DNA of 64,000 nucleotides, from positions 42,171-106,170 of the forward strand of contig JAEOTX010000044.1 in NCBI GenBank assembly GCA_016839605.1, in the 5' to 3' direction. The position numbers and the translations under genes were made by a program. Source of the stretch: Candidatus Thorarchaeota archaeon (GTDB lineage Archaea; Asgardarchaeota; Thorarchaeia; Thorarchaeales; Thorarchaeaceae). Of this stretch, positions 29,517 to 38,188 are shown piece by piece; position 1 is the stretch's first letter, and each line of letters opens with the position of its first letter. The notes under the pieces were generated by a model. The model made no database searches, had not been told where the DNA came from, and saw only the letters and a program-made list of their open reading frames with translations.

Positions 29517-30329
29517 ATGGAAATCATCCCCATTCAGACACGAGTCATCTCTGAAGATGATGATATACTAGAAGTTCTTGTCACTTCATTGCAGGATGTC
29601 GGTCTTGATTTGAAAGACAATGATATTCTCGGTATCGCAGAAACTCCATTGGGAACAACAGAAGGCCGCGTAATCAACCTTGCAGACGTTGAGCTCAGTG
29701 AGGAGGCGATTGAGCTTGCAGATGAGTATGACCTCATTCCTGAAGTGGCTGAACTCGTATTAAGGGAAGCAGATGAGATTCTGGGAGGGATTCCACATAT
29801 TCTTCTGACCATCAAGAACAACACACTCATGGCCAATGCTGGTGTAGACAAATCCAACGTTCCTCCTGACCATGCATCTCTCTTACCTGTTGATTCAAGG
29901 AGCAGTGCAGAACGAATCAGGCTGGAAGCAAGGAACCGGTATGGAAGAGATATCGGGGTCTTGGTGATTGACAGTAGAACCCAACCACTGCGTTTGGGGA
30001 ATATCGGCATGGCGCTAGGTGTGGCTGGATTCCGACCAGTTGCGGATGACAGAGGAAGACTTGATTTATTCGGCAACGAGATGCGGATAACTAGGAGGGC
30101 AATTGCAGACAATCTTGCGTCGGCGTGTACAGCAGTGATGGGTGAGTCAGATGAATCAATACCTGGAGTATTAATTCGCTCTGCACCAGTGGAGTTTATT
30201 GACGAATCATTTGACTCCTCTGCAATGTGGATTAGTCCGCAGGAATGCATGTATATGGCCATATTCGACCAATGGCGAGTTGGCAGCTCAGCAGCGAAAA
30301 ACGATGCGCGGATAGCATTCGAAGAATGA
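29517..30329 (+). CDS. cofE: Coenzyme F420-0:L-glutamate ligase (CofE family)
   Basis: EGRVINL, ANAGVDKSN, IDSRTQPLRLG, DDRGRLDLFG, ADNLASA, MGES. Confidence 0.85.
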   Translation: MEIIPIQTRVISEDDDILEVLVTSLQDVGLDLKDNDILGIAETPLGTTEGRVINLADVELSEEAIELADEYDLIPEVAELVLREADEILGGIPHILLTIKNNTLMANAGVDKSNVPPDHASLLPVDSRSSAERIRLEARNRYGRDIGVLVIDSRTQPLRLGNIGMALGVAGFRPVADDRGRLDLFGNEMRITRRAIADNLASACTAVMGESDESIPGVLIRSAPVEFIDESFDSSAMWISPQECMYMAIFDQWRVGSSAAKNDARIAFEE

Positions 30330-30579
30330 GTCCGAATCGAAGAGTCCTCTGAAAGATCGGATGTACATCCTCAGATGTAGATGAATGCTGGGTCTCCAGA
30401 ATTCATTACTTCAGTTATGCTGCTGAGCCATATGTTCGTGCTATGAACATTATTTAGGCTGCCCGCAAGAATGATTTGTTGACCGCGAGCAAGCACTACT
30501 TGCTCACACGAAAGAGAAAAAAGGGCAGCTCGGTTTGCGCCATGAGCTGAATATATCGACCAGACCGGAGAATGATGAT

Positions 30580-31935
30580 TTGACGAAGATAGTCCTCATT
30601 GATGTCAAGACAGCTGGCACATCAGGGGACATGTTTCTTTCTGCATTGGTGGACTTTCTGGGTGAAGATGACGCTCTTCTTCCTGTGGCTGCAAGCCTAC
30701 TAATATTTGACCCATCATTGCGAGTCCGATTTGCAACTAAAAGTGATGATGATATTTCAGGTGTTCAATTGAAGGTTTCAAAGGACTCAGGTATGCGCTT
30801 CAAACCGAACGATTTGATTGAGATGATGGATGCCGTAGCTGAGGAGTTGGAGCTTTCACCTGCCGCAAAGCAGATTTCCCAAAGGGCATTGAATGAGATT
30901 CTGAAAGCTGAATCAAGGGCCCATGAGACCCCGATAGACAAGTTGCACCTTCATGAAACTGGTTCAGTCGATACCATTCTCGATTTGGTTGGAACTGCAT
31001 ATCTCATGGAACGCGCAGGACTTCTTATTGATTCAAAGATAATTGCCACTCACGTTGCGGTGGGGAGTGGTACAATTGAGACAGAGCATGGCCTTCTCGA
31101 AGTGCCTGTTCCAGCAGTAGCTGAGATACTTGTTGCTAATGACGTTCCGTTCATAATGGGTGAGGCTAAGACTGAAGTCCTAACACCCACTGGCGCGGCT
31201 CTTCTCGCAACTTTGGCTTCTGAATTCATCGAGTCCTCAGAAGGATTCGTTGTCAAACAGCAGGGCATCGGATTCGGCTCTCGTGACTTGGGCGAGGTGG
31301 CCAACCGCATGAGGGTCGTTGTGGGCGAGTTCGTTGATGAATCAAAGGTTAAACCAAAGAAGCCTGAAAAGAAGCCTGAGAAGAAGGAACGACCTAAAAA
31401 AGAACCTACAAAGAAGAAAGCTGCACCAAAGAAGAAAAAGGAGGATCGAGCTGAGATGATTGATTCCTGGAGCGCGGATGAAGTAATCGTCATCGAGACC
31501 AATGTTGACGATATCGATGGTGAAGTCATGGGGACAATGTTCGATACTCTCCTGTCTGAGGGCTTGGCATATGATGTGGTGATGATTCCAGCCTATGGTA
31601 AGAAAAATCGTCCCAGTTATGTGGTCAAGGTAATTGCAGCCAAATCTGGGCTGAAGAGCATAGCGGAGATTTTGATCAAACATCTTGGAACTCTAGGAAT
31701 TCGATACGCGACTTGGGACAGACTCAAAGCTGCTAGAGAGACCATTGTATGCAAAATGGAAATTGAGGGTCTGGAGTTCATGGTCCGTGTGAAGGTCTCT
31801 CGAGGCATTGATGGGAGCATAATCAACATCAAGCCCGAAGCTGATGATGTCATGAAGGTTTCAAGGGAAACCGGAATTCCAGTACGTGCGCTTAAACCTA
31901 GGATTGCTATGCAAGCTCACGCAATTACCGAATAG
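30580..31935 (+). CDS. larC: Nickel pincer cofactor nickel insertase LarC
   Basis: GTSGDMFL, AESRAH, HLHETG, HGLLEVPVPA, TPTGAA, ETNVDD, KKNRP, TLGIR, KPE. Confidence 0.88.
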   Translation: MTKIVLIDVKTAGTSGDMFLSALVDFLGEDDALLPVAASLLIFDPSLRVRFATKSDDDISGVQLKVSKDSGMRFKPNDLIEMMDAVAEELELSPAAKQISQRALNEILKAESRAHETPIDKLHLHETGSVDTILDLVGTAYLMERAGLLIDSKIIATHVAVGSGTIETEHGLLEVPVPAVAEILVANDVPFIMGEAKTEVLTPTGAALLATLASEFIESSEGFVVKQQGIGFGSRDLGEVANRMRVVVGEFVDESKVKPKKPEKKPEKKERPKKEPTKKKAAPKKKKEDRAEMIDSWSADEVIVIETNVDDIDGEVMGTMFDTLLSEGLAYDVVMIPAYGKKNRPSYVVKVIAAKSGLKSIAEILIKHLGTLGIRYATWDRLKAARETIVCKMEIEGLEFMVRVKVSRGIDGSIINIKPEADDVMKVSRETGIPVRALKPRIAMQAHAITE

Positions 31936-31942
31936 TGTTTTC

Positions 31943-34222
31943 TCAGTGTTTTGGTGCGTGAGCGAGAACATCTTTCTTCGAAGGTAAGTCCTGTTCATCA
32001 AGATACTGGTGAGGTATTAGATTCTCAAATGCTCTGAAACAGAGGTCTGCATACGCTTTCGGGTCGTATCTTGTCGCGTCATCGAACAATTCCAATGCTC
32101 TGACACGACGCAGTGGGCTCTCTGAGTCAGCACTCACAAGAACATAGCGTACTTTCTGGCCTGCATTCAATTCTCGACCGCTCTCTACAAGCTGTTGAGC
32201 AACTATCGCCGCTCTTGATGTGGCACGATATTCATGTGGCGCACGTGTTAGGCGATTGTGTAGAACCAAGTCCCTGATGTCGACATTTCCTTGGTAGAGC
32301 CTCTCAATGAACTCCTGACACACCAAATGCGCCTCTGGTATCTTCTCTATGAACTCAGTCTTGTTGTGGGCCTGAGCGAATACCTTGATCATTGAAATCT
32401 GACAATCGCCCACATACAGGCAGGTGTCACGCCTTCTAGTTTCAATCCCCCGTGTCTTGATACCTCCGTTGGTATAGACGCCATAATACCGATTCAATGG
32501 TGCAATAGATGGATGAAGTCGTGATGAGGGAATCACCATCCACTTGAATATCCCCTTCAGGGACATCTTGATATTGGTCTTCTCCGTGACGCGTCTACAG
32601 AACTCTTGAAGTGTGTCATAGTCAGGGCCTTTTTTGGATCTGAGCCAAACTGAGTCAACAATGCCATGTATTAGCTCAAGACCCATGTCTTCCCCTATGT
32701 CCTGTGTCTGTAAGAGCACATCTCTTGCCAATCCAGTGACTGCTGTGTGTGCCTCCACTCTCCCAAACCTGGCATTCTTGAAGCCCAGGTATCCAAAACA
32801 TGAAACCAGTATGCCCTTGAGAGTGTTCTGCATTCGTTCGTACTTCTTGGCCTCATAGCCTCGCTCTATCAGCTGTGTGAAGGCTTCACGTTTCTCTAAT
32901 ACTAGCTCCAGTGACCGAGCCACAATGCCTCTCTTTCGTTGACAGATGCGAATTGGCACCTCGGGGACATCGACGCAGTTCTCGGGGCTGTCTGGACAAT
33001 CTTCAACCGTGCAGATGGTCTCCGGACTTATGTTCCGTGTCACCATTAGTGTCGGATACATCGATGAGAAGTCACATTCCGAGATGTTCTCATAGATGTC
33101 TGGCTTTGGTTGCAGGATGAGGCCCCCTCTATCTATGGACGCCAAGTCGTTTATGGTCTTCAGAAACTCGGGGTTCTTCTTCACAGGTGGTATCAGGATA
33201 CCCATCTTGAAGGCATTATAGTACTGGACAGCCGCATTGATTGTGCCAATTGACATCCGAGATGCTCTCTGTGGTCTTGCATATGCAAGCCTGCAGCCCT
33301 CCATCACCCCCTCAAGGCCTGTTGGTGAGTAATAGAAGCTCTGCATTCTGTCAATGTGGAGTCGCCCCTTAAACATGACCTGGTTACCTGATCGAAAGAA
33401 GACCTGATTGTATACCCAGAATGACTTGGCCTCCTTCTTCTTGACATTCAAGGGTGACCCATCCCGTGACATGACAAGCTTCACGCCATTCAACTTTGCT
33501 CGTAGTGTCAAGTACCTGAACAGGGTCGCATCGCCATCTCTGGTGACTATCACATCCGGGTCAATTCCATCAATGGTCCTCTGGAACTCCTGTAGAATCT
33601 CTCTCTCACTCTCACCCTCAATTCGAATGGTGAGTCCTTTGTGATATACGTCAATATGGTGAATCTTGTCCTCTATTCTAGGAAAGATTCGTCTAGCGTC
33701 AATGAATACCTCAAAGCCAATCTCTTCCAGATCTGGCATCTCATAGTCAGAGTCCCCTCGTCTGTCGATACATCGTATCGCGGTGACAATGTTTCCCTCT
33801 GACTCGAAGACGACCTTACCGAACGGGAAGATGTCATCATGGATGAAGAATTGATGTACGGGGTCGATGTCGCCATGAAAGACAGTGGCTCCCGGAAGCC
33901 GCTCTAGGTCTTCTGCCACCTCCCTGTGAGCATCTGGTGTGGTGGAGACCTCCAATACGCGACTCATCTCTTGGTCATAGACACTGACACGTTTCTGAGT
34001 GAATCCTGTCTTAGTCACCTTGGGATGCGCACGAACCACCTTGAGGATGTCATCATAACTCCAGTCCAGTCCTTTCTTCTTCTCACGGCTGACAAAGACT
34101 GAGGGATGGAACCCTCTGTACACATAGCCGAGGGTCTTTCCACTGGCCTTGATCCACAACGTCAGTGCCTGATTCCTGTAGTCGACGGTGGCATCAAGGA
34201 GCCATCCGACTTGCTTCATCAT
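31943..34222 (-). CDS. polB2: Family B DNA polymerase, PolB2 (Dpo2) group
   Basis: N-terminal GWLLD, DRGG, DFSSMYP, LKGILVSCFGYLG, HGIVDSVW in place of YGDTDS, RGIETRRRD. Confidence 0.88.
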   Translation of the reverse strand: MMKQVGWLLDATVDYRNQALTLWIKASGKTLGYVYRGFHPSVFVSREKKKGLDWSYDDILKVVRAHPKVTKTGFTQKRVSVYDQEMSRVLEVSTTPDAHREVAEDLERLPGATVFHGDIDPVHQFFIHDDIFPFGKVVFESEGNIVTAIRCIDRRGDSDYEMPDLEEIGFEVFIDARRIFPRIEDKIHHIDVYHKGLTIRIEGESEREILQEFQRTIDGIDPDVIVTRDGDATLFRYLTLRAKLNGVKLVMSRDGSPLNVKKKEAKSFWVYNQVFFRSGNQVMFKGRLHIDRMQSFYYSPTGLEGVMEGCRLAYARPQRASRMSIGTINAAVQYYNAFKMGILIPPVKKNPEFLKTINDLASIDRGGLILQPKPDIYENISECDFSSMYPTLMVTRNISPETICTVEDCPDSPENCVDVPEVPIRICQRKRGIVARSLELVLEKREAFTQLIERGYEAKKYERMQNTLKGILVSCFGYLGFKNARFGRVEAHTAVTGLARDVLLQTQDIGEDMGLELIHGIVDSVWLRSKKGPDYDTLQEFCRRVTEKTNIKMSLKGIFKWMVIPSSRLHPSIAPLNRYYGVYTNGGIKTRGIETRRRDTCLYVGDCQISMIKVFAQAHNKTEFIEKIPEAHLVCQEFIERLYQGNVDIRDLVLHNRLTRAPHEYRATSRAAIVAQQLVESGRELNAGQKVRYVLVSADSESPLRRVRALELFDDATRYDPKAYADLCFRAFENLIPHQYLDEQDLPSKKDVLAHAPKH

Positions 34223-34488
34223 GCATCCTTCTCTAACTCGGCGACCTTCTGACGGAGCCCATCAATCTCGCTTCGCATATTGAGAAACATGGACACAAAG
34301 GCGACCTCTAGTACACGTGGTGTGACTATCATCGTTCCAGCATCGGCATACTCTCTGGCACTGTCGAATATGTAATCAAGTAATTCTCGTTCCTGTGGTG
34401 TCAATACCCTTCGGAATCCTTTCCACTTTGATTCCTCTATGTTTATGCTTTGGCGAAAAGTTCTAGCTGTTCTACCTATGATTCTCAT
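34219..34488 (-). CDS. Small PolB2-associated protein (arCOG07300-like)
   Basis: GRT..TFRQ...WKGFRRVL...D.IF..A motif. 4-nt overlap with the polB2 start, the known conserved pairing. Confidence 0.75.
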   Translation of the reverse strand: MRIIGRTARTFRQSINIEESKWKGFRRVLTPQERELLDYIFDSAREYADAGTMIVTPRVLEVAFVSMFLNMRSEIDGLRQKVAELEKDA

Positions 34489-34601
34489 CTCCTATCAGGC
34501 GGCACGTGGCGTAAAGTCTTGCAGGTGCAGAACAGTATGCATCCAATGATTGTGGGTCTTTTGGAGTGCCTTTGTTCACCAGATGGGAGACGTATGTGGG
34601 G

Positions 34602-34623
34602 GACTGATTCCCGAAAGTAAACC
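34602..34623 (-). promoter_or_regulatory. Conserved upstream motif, copy 1 (GACTGATTCCCGAAAGTAAA on + strand)
   Basis: 19/20 identical to 35647-35666, about 114 nt upstream of the polB2 operon. Confidence 0.55.
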
Positions 34624-34652
34624 GGTGACAACTGACTGGTCGTGTAAGTAGT

Positions 34653-35543
34653 CTAGCTTCGTTTCACAGTAGCAACAATTGCAGCGGCTACTACTGCAAT
34701 ACCGACTGCCGACCCAGCTGCTAGTATCATTAGACCAAGTCTATCAGTGTCTCTTGGTATGCCGCTAATCACATCTGCAAACTGCGTGGTCCGTAGGTGA
34801 TACTCAACGGTGAACTCCCCTGTAACTGATGCAGACATATCTTCCTTGAGTCGGAGCCCGCTATTCTTCTCAAATTGGATTTGATGAGAGAAATCTGAAA
34901 CAGCAAGAGGAATTTCATTGGCTTGAGTAATCCAAGTATCGTATCCTTGGTACTCGCCATCGCCAGATATCGTGAATTCTGGATGAGCAGATACACCAAT
35001 GCTTGCAATTGAAGAATTCGCAAGATAGACGGTAGTCACCGTTCCTACTCCTTCTAGTTGCCATGCTGGATAAATCGCCGTCCACTCGAAGCAAGTTGGT
35101 TCATCGAAATAGGCCGCCATAGCTGCGAACGATGCTTCGTATGGAACCTGAGATAACGTAACCTCGCCAGTACCCTTCCTCACCTGTCGGAGCATCTCAA
35201 ATGATGATTCGCCGATGCCGACTAGCTGCATCTCGTCATCGTAGAACCTCAGACCGTAGCTGGTAGCATTGTACCTGTTCCCCGTAGTAATCTGATATGC
35301 CTCCTTTACAGCATATTCCAAATTGTAATCAAACTGGACTATGGTGTCAGAAATGGATTTGACTGCAATGGTCTCTTTGATGCTGACATTCATGGCAAAT
35401 ATCGTGCAAACTTCGAAGTGTGAATAATGCCATCCTTCAGAAATCATAACGCCATCATTGATGTGGAAGGTTAAACCCGCATTGTTATTTGGTACCAACA
35501 ATACCGCTACTATAAGAAAGACAAGTGTTGCAGTACTTCTCAT
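34653..35543 (-). CDS. Hypothetical secreted / membrane-anchored protein
   Basis: Start MRSTATLVFLIVAVLL (signal-like, GGGAG upstream) and a C-terminal TM helix. The longer ORF-track start at 35828 overlaps the divergent gene. Confidence 0.65.
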   Translation of the reverse strand: MRSTATLVFLIVAVLLVPNNNAGLTFHINDGVMISEGWHYSHFEVCTIFAMNVSIKETIAVKSISDTIVQFDYNLEYAVKEAYQITTGNRYNATSYGLRFYDDEMQLVGIGESSFEMLRQVRKGTGEVTLSQVPYEASFAAMAAYFDEPTCFEWTAIYPAWQLEGVGTVTTVYLANSSIASIGVSAHPEFTISGDGEYQGYDTWITQANEIPLAVSDFSHQIQFEKNSGLRLKEDMSASVTGEFTVEYHLRTTQFADVISGIPRDTDRLGLMILAAGSAVGIAVVAAAIVATVKRS

Positions 35544-35646
35544 AGCTTCTCCCATCTGAATCTTCATTGGAAAAGTCTGTTGATATGGGATACCAGTCAG
35601 GCTTGCCGAAAGTAACGACCAGATGTTATGCCATTGCTTTGAGGGT

Positions 35647-35669
35647 GACTGATTTCCGAAAGTAAAACC
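35647..35669 (-). promoter_or_regulatory. Conserved upstream motif, copy 2 (GACTGATTTCCGAAAGTAAA); core CCGAAAGTAA also at 35606-35615
   Basis: Direct repeat of 34602-34621. Confidence 0.55.
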
Positions 35670-35754
35670 AGCGTGCTGTTTACCATGTCGTAACAGATAA
35701 CAGTAGGCACCCCAACATATCATTTTGAACAAAATGCCTTTCCCAGCAAGGTCT

Positions 35755-36438
35755 ATGATTCGAATTCGAAGAGCTAATGGATACAAGATATTAGCTATCT
35801 TGCTTTCCTCGTCAGTTCTGATCACCACAACAATTGCATGCTTTCCTATCGCCTCATACGATTTACCACCCGGGCCTCTGTTTGATGAATTTCTCCTGGA
35901 AGGAAAGTTCTTGGGCTATGATCTGTGGATTGATGCGGGTGTTTGGGTAGTTATTGAGGTGTTTTCTGAATTCAATGCGAGAATCAGAATCGAAACTTGG
36001 GTTGAGAGTGAGAGGGCTGCATATATTCTGAGCGATTCAACATCCACGCATGAGGAGTTCACACTGGGAAAATCCTCCCAGGGACAGTCTGTGTTTATCT
36101 TGATCATTCCTAGACTAGATACCAATGTCCGGGCTGAGATAATAGATTCCTCTTCCACTGCTACTAACAAAATAGATGTTCTCCCCACTCATTCCTGGTT
36201 TCTGATTCTATCATTTTCAGCTGTTTTTGTAGACGCTCATTTGTTTTCTGGCTGGCTGAGAGACACAACTGAACAGAAGAGAGAACGAAAGGTGCGAGCA
36301 AAGAAGAAGCGTTCTGATGATGAAGTCTGTATACCTTTGGAATATGTCCTGATTTCAAGGGTAAGAAGCCTGTATGCCAAGCGGGATAAATCCGATAGAT
36401 ACTGCTTATGCGAGCGCCTTAAACACACGAGAGGCTAA
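35755..36438 (+). CDS. Hypothetical membrane protein
   Basis: N-terminal hydrophobic segment, second TM near residue 150, basic tail. Confidence 0.55.
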   Translation: MIRIRRANGYKILAILLSSSVLITTTIACFPIASYDLPPGPLFDEFLLEGKFLGYDLWIDAGVWVVIEVFSEFNARIRIETWVESERAAYILSDSTSTHEEFTLGKSSQGQSVFILIIPRLDTNVRAEIIDSSSTATNKIDVLPTHSWFLILSFSAVFVDAHLFSGWLRDTTEQKRERKVRAKKKRSDDEVCIPLEYVLISRVRSLYAKRDKSDRYCLCERLKHTRG

Positions 36439-37050
36439 AAACCAGCTAATGTCCCCAAGCATCTCGTGGGGCTGGTAATAGATCGAGTTCTTGTCGTAAA
36501 GCAGTCGAACATTGGCTGGAAACTCCTCGTCTGCCTCGTCGAATATGAGCAGGACCTTCACTTTTGGTAGGAACTCTAATTCAAATCCAGCATCTCCATA
36601 GTCCACTCTCTTTGCACCAAGGCGTTCCAAGGTCTTGAATAGCTTCTCTTTCTTCTCAACGAACACTGAAGTCAGTGCTTTGACATCCTCCTCATCAAAG
36701 GAGTATCTACAAGCCCAGGAACCTTGAAGTGCATTGTATTTGGACCACTCACCAGCAACACCCACATCTTTTGCCTTAGTGTAGTAGTAAAGGTGAGGGA
36801 TTATGCGACTAGTATGGAATTCTTTGCCAGTCATTAGATCCTCCGTTTTTCCCGTTTCAAAGTTGATTCGAAGACCTAGAACGTCAAGAAACCCTCCCTC
36901 AAGGTCCAAGACTTTCTTTAGCTTGACAATTTCCTCCCCAAAATTGTCCCAGTTCCAGAATTCTGAGCTCTTATCGAAATCATTGATATTGAACCTTGCC
37001 GCGAGTTCGCGCGCTTCAGCCATCCAATATTCTAGAATATCATCCGCCAT
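36406..37050 (-). CDS. DUF3786 domain protein
   Basis: LPKVKVLLIFDEADEEFPANVRLLYD motif. Confidence 0.7.
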   Translation of the reverse strand: MADDILEYWMAEARELAARFNINDFDKSSEFWNWDNFGEEIVKLKKVLDLEGGFLDVLGLRINFETGKTEDLMTGKEFHTSRIIPHLYYYTKAKDVGVAGEWSKYNALQGSWACRYSFDEEDVKALTSVFVEKKEKLFKTLERLGAKRVDYGDAGFELEFLPKVKVLLIFDEADEEFPANVRLLYDKNSIYYQPHEMLGDISWFLASRVFKALA

Positions 37051-37195
37051 TGCAGGTCGTCAGACCTAAGCGGCAACCATCTTTGTATCTTTGGTTATGT
37101 CAGATTCTAGCAATTCATTCAATCGGCATAGACTCAAATATCACAAACGTAAAATAACGCCTAAGTCCCCGACAAAGGGATTAAGAGGTTTATAG

Positions 37196-37762
37196 ATGGT
37201 CACAGCACTCTTCAAAGTGATCTTGATGGGCGACGGATCTGTCGGAAAGACAAGTCTCAGGCGCCAGTACATGGGTGAAGGCTTTAGAGCCAACTACATG
37301 ATCACCATAGGCGCTGACTTCGCAGTCAAGAAGATGACCCTTGAGGGAGGGCATGATGTCAGTATTCAAATTTGGGATCTTGCCGGGCAAGAGCACTTCA
37401 AGAATGTACGTTCTACGTTTTATAGGGGCGCACAGGGTGCACTAACCGTCTACTCCACTGTGGAACGCACTTCTTTTGACAACATCGGAAACTGGCTTGA
37501 CGAATGCTGGAGCAATGCAGGCAAGAAGATTCCAATCGTTCTGATAGGCAATAAGATAGACCTCAGAGAGCAGTTCAAAGACAATCCAGTGATGCAACAG
37601 ACAATTGTGACCACAGAAGAAGGTCAGACTATGGCGAATCGAATAGCCGAACGCGGTGCACATGTCAGCTTCCTTGAGACTTCAGCCAAGACCGGCCTGA
37701 ATGTCGAGGCATCTTTCCTCGAACTAGCTATTAAAATCCTAGAAGTGGGTGGTCTGACCTAA
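37196..37762 (+). CDS. Rab-like small GTPase (Ras superfamily)
   Basis: G1 GDGSVGKT, G2 TIGADF, G3 WDLAGQ, G4 NKID, G5 ETSAK. No C-terminal Cys prenylation motif. Confidence 0.93.
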   Translation: MVTALFKVILMGDGSVGKTSLRRQYMGEGFRANYMITIGADFAVKKMTLEGGHDVSIQIWDLAGQEHFKNVRSTFYRGAQGALTVYSTVERTSFDNIGNWLDECWSNAGKKIPIVLIGNKIDLREQFKDNPVMQQTIVTTEEGQTMANRIAERGAHVSFLETSAKTGLNVEASFLELAIKILEVGGLT

Positions 37763-37789
37763 CCAATTCATACTCTAGGCGAAACAGAC

Positions 37790-38188
37790 ATGGCATTAGG
37801 TGATTTTCTCTTTCCACATCTCGACCTGAAATTGGTGATAGCCCACTCCTTCGAGGTTGACATTGAGGCTGAGAAGGATAAGAAATCAAAGGAATATCAG
37901 GACCTCGCGGCAAGGGCGTCCTTTAGTAAGAGTGATTTCCAGAAGCTAGGCATCAAGGAAGGCGGTTCTGTCAACATCAAATCGAAGTCGGGCCAAGTCG
38001 TTGTGGGCGGATTCATTGATGAGCGGCTTGAAGATAGTGTGTCATCAATGCCTCGCGGACCTTGGGCACTATCTCTCGTAGCAGTTCCAACTGACGGTTC
38101 GCCTCCGCAATTGCATGGAATACAGGTCACAGCCACAAAATCGGACGATAAGATTACTTCTCTTGACTCTCTTTTGGAGGGCCCTTGA
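37790..38188 (+). CDS. FwdD-like (molybdopterin dinucleotide-binding fold) protein, degenerate
   Basis: EY..AA...D..KLGIKEG..V.I.S..G.VVV and MPRGPWA. Lacks the usual N-terminal TGR..QG. Confidence 0.7.
   Translation: MALGDFLFPHLDLKLVIAHSFEVDIEAEKDKKSKEYQDLAARASFSKSDFQKLGIKEGGSVNIKSKSGQVVVGGFIDERLEDSVSSMPRGPWALSLVAVPTDGSPPQLHGIQVTATKSDDKITSLDSLLEGP

Noticed and set aside
29534-30262. 242-aa antisense ORF, and other Ser-rich antisense ORFs in the track
   Set aside because: They lie fully opposite well-supported genes and have shadow-ORF composition.
30330-30534. Palindrome GGATGTACATCC and a small hairpin after cofE as SECIS or ncRNA
   Set aside because: Short, with no SECIS GA quartet geometry, no nearby selenoprotein and no clear promoter/terminator frame.
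34580-35600. Inverted matches CAGATGGGAGA/TCTCCCATCTG and CTGACTGGT/ACCAGTCAG as terminal inverted repeats
   Set aside because: The two matches are not colinear as one inverted repeat, and one coincides with an SD region.
31943-36438. Casposon or other self-synthesising element around the PolB gene
   Set aside because: The polymerase is cellular PolB2-type. No Cas1, integrase, capsid gene or terminal inverted repeats are seen.
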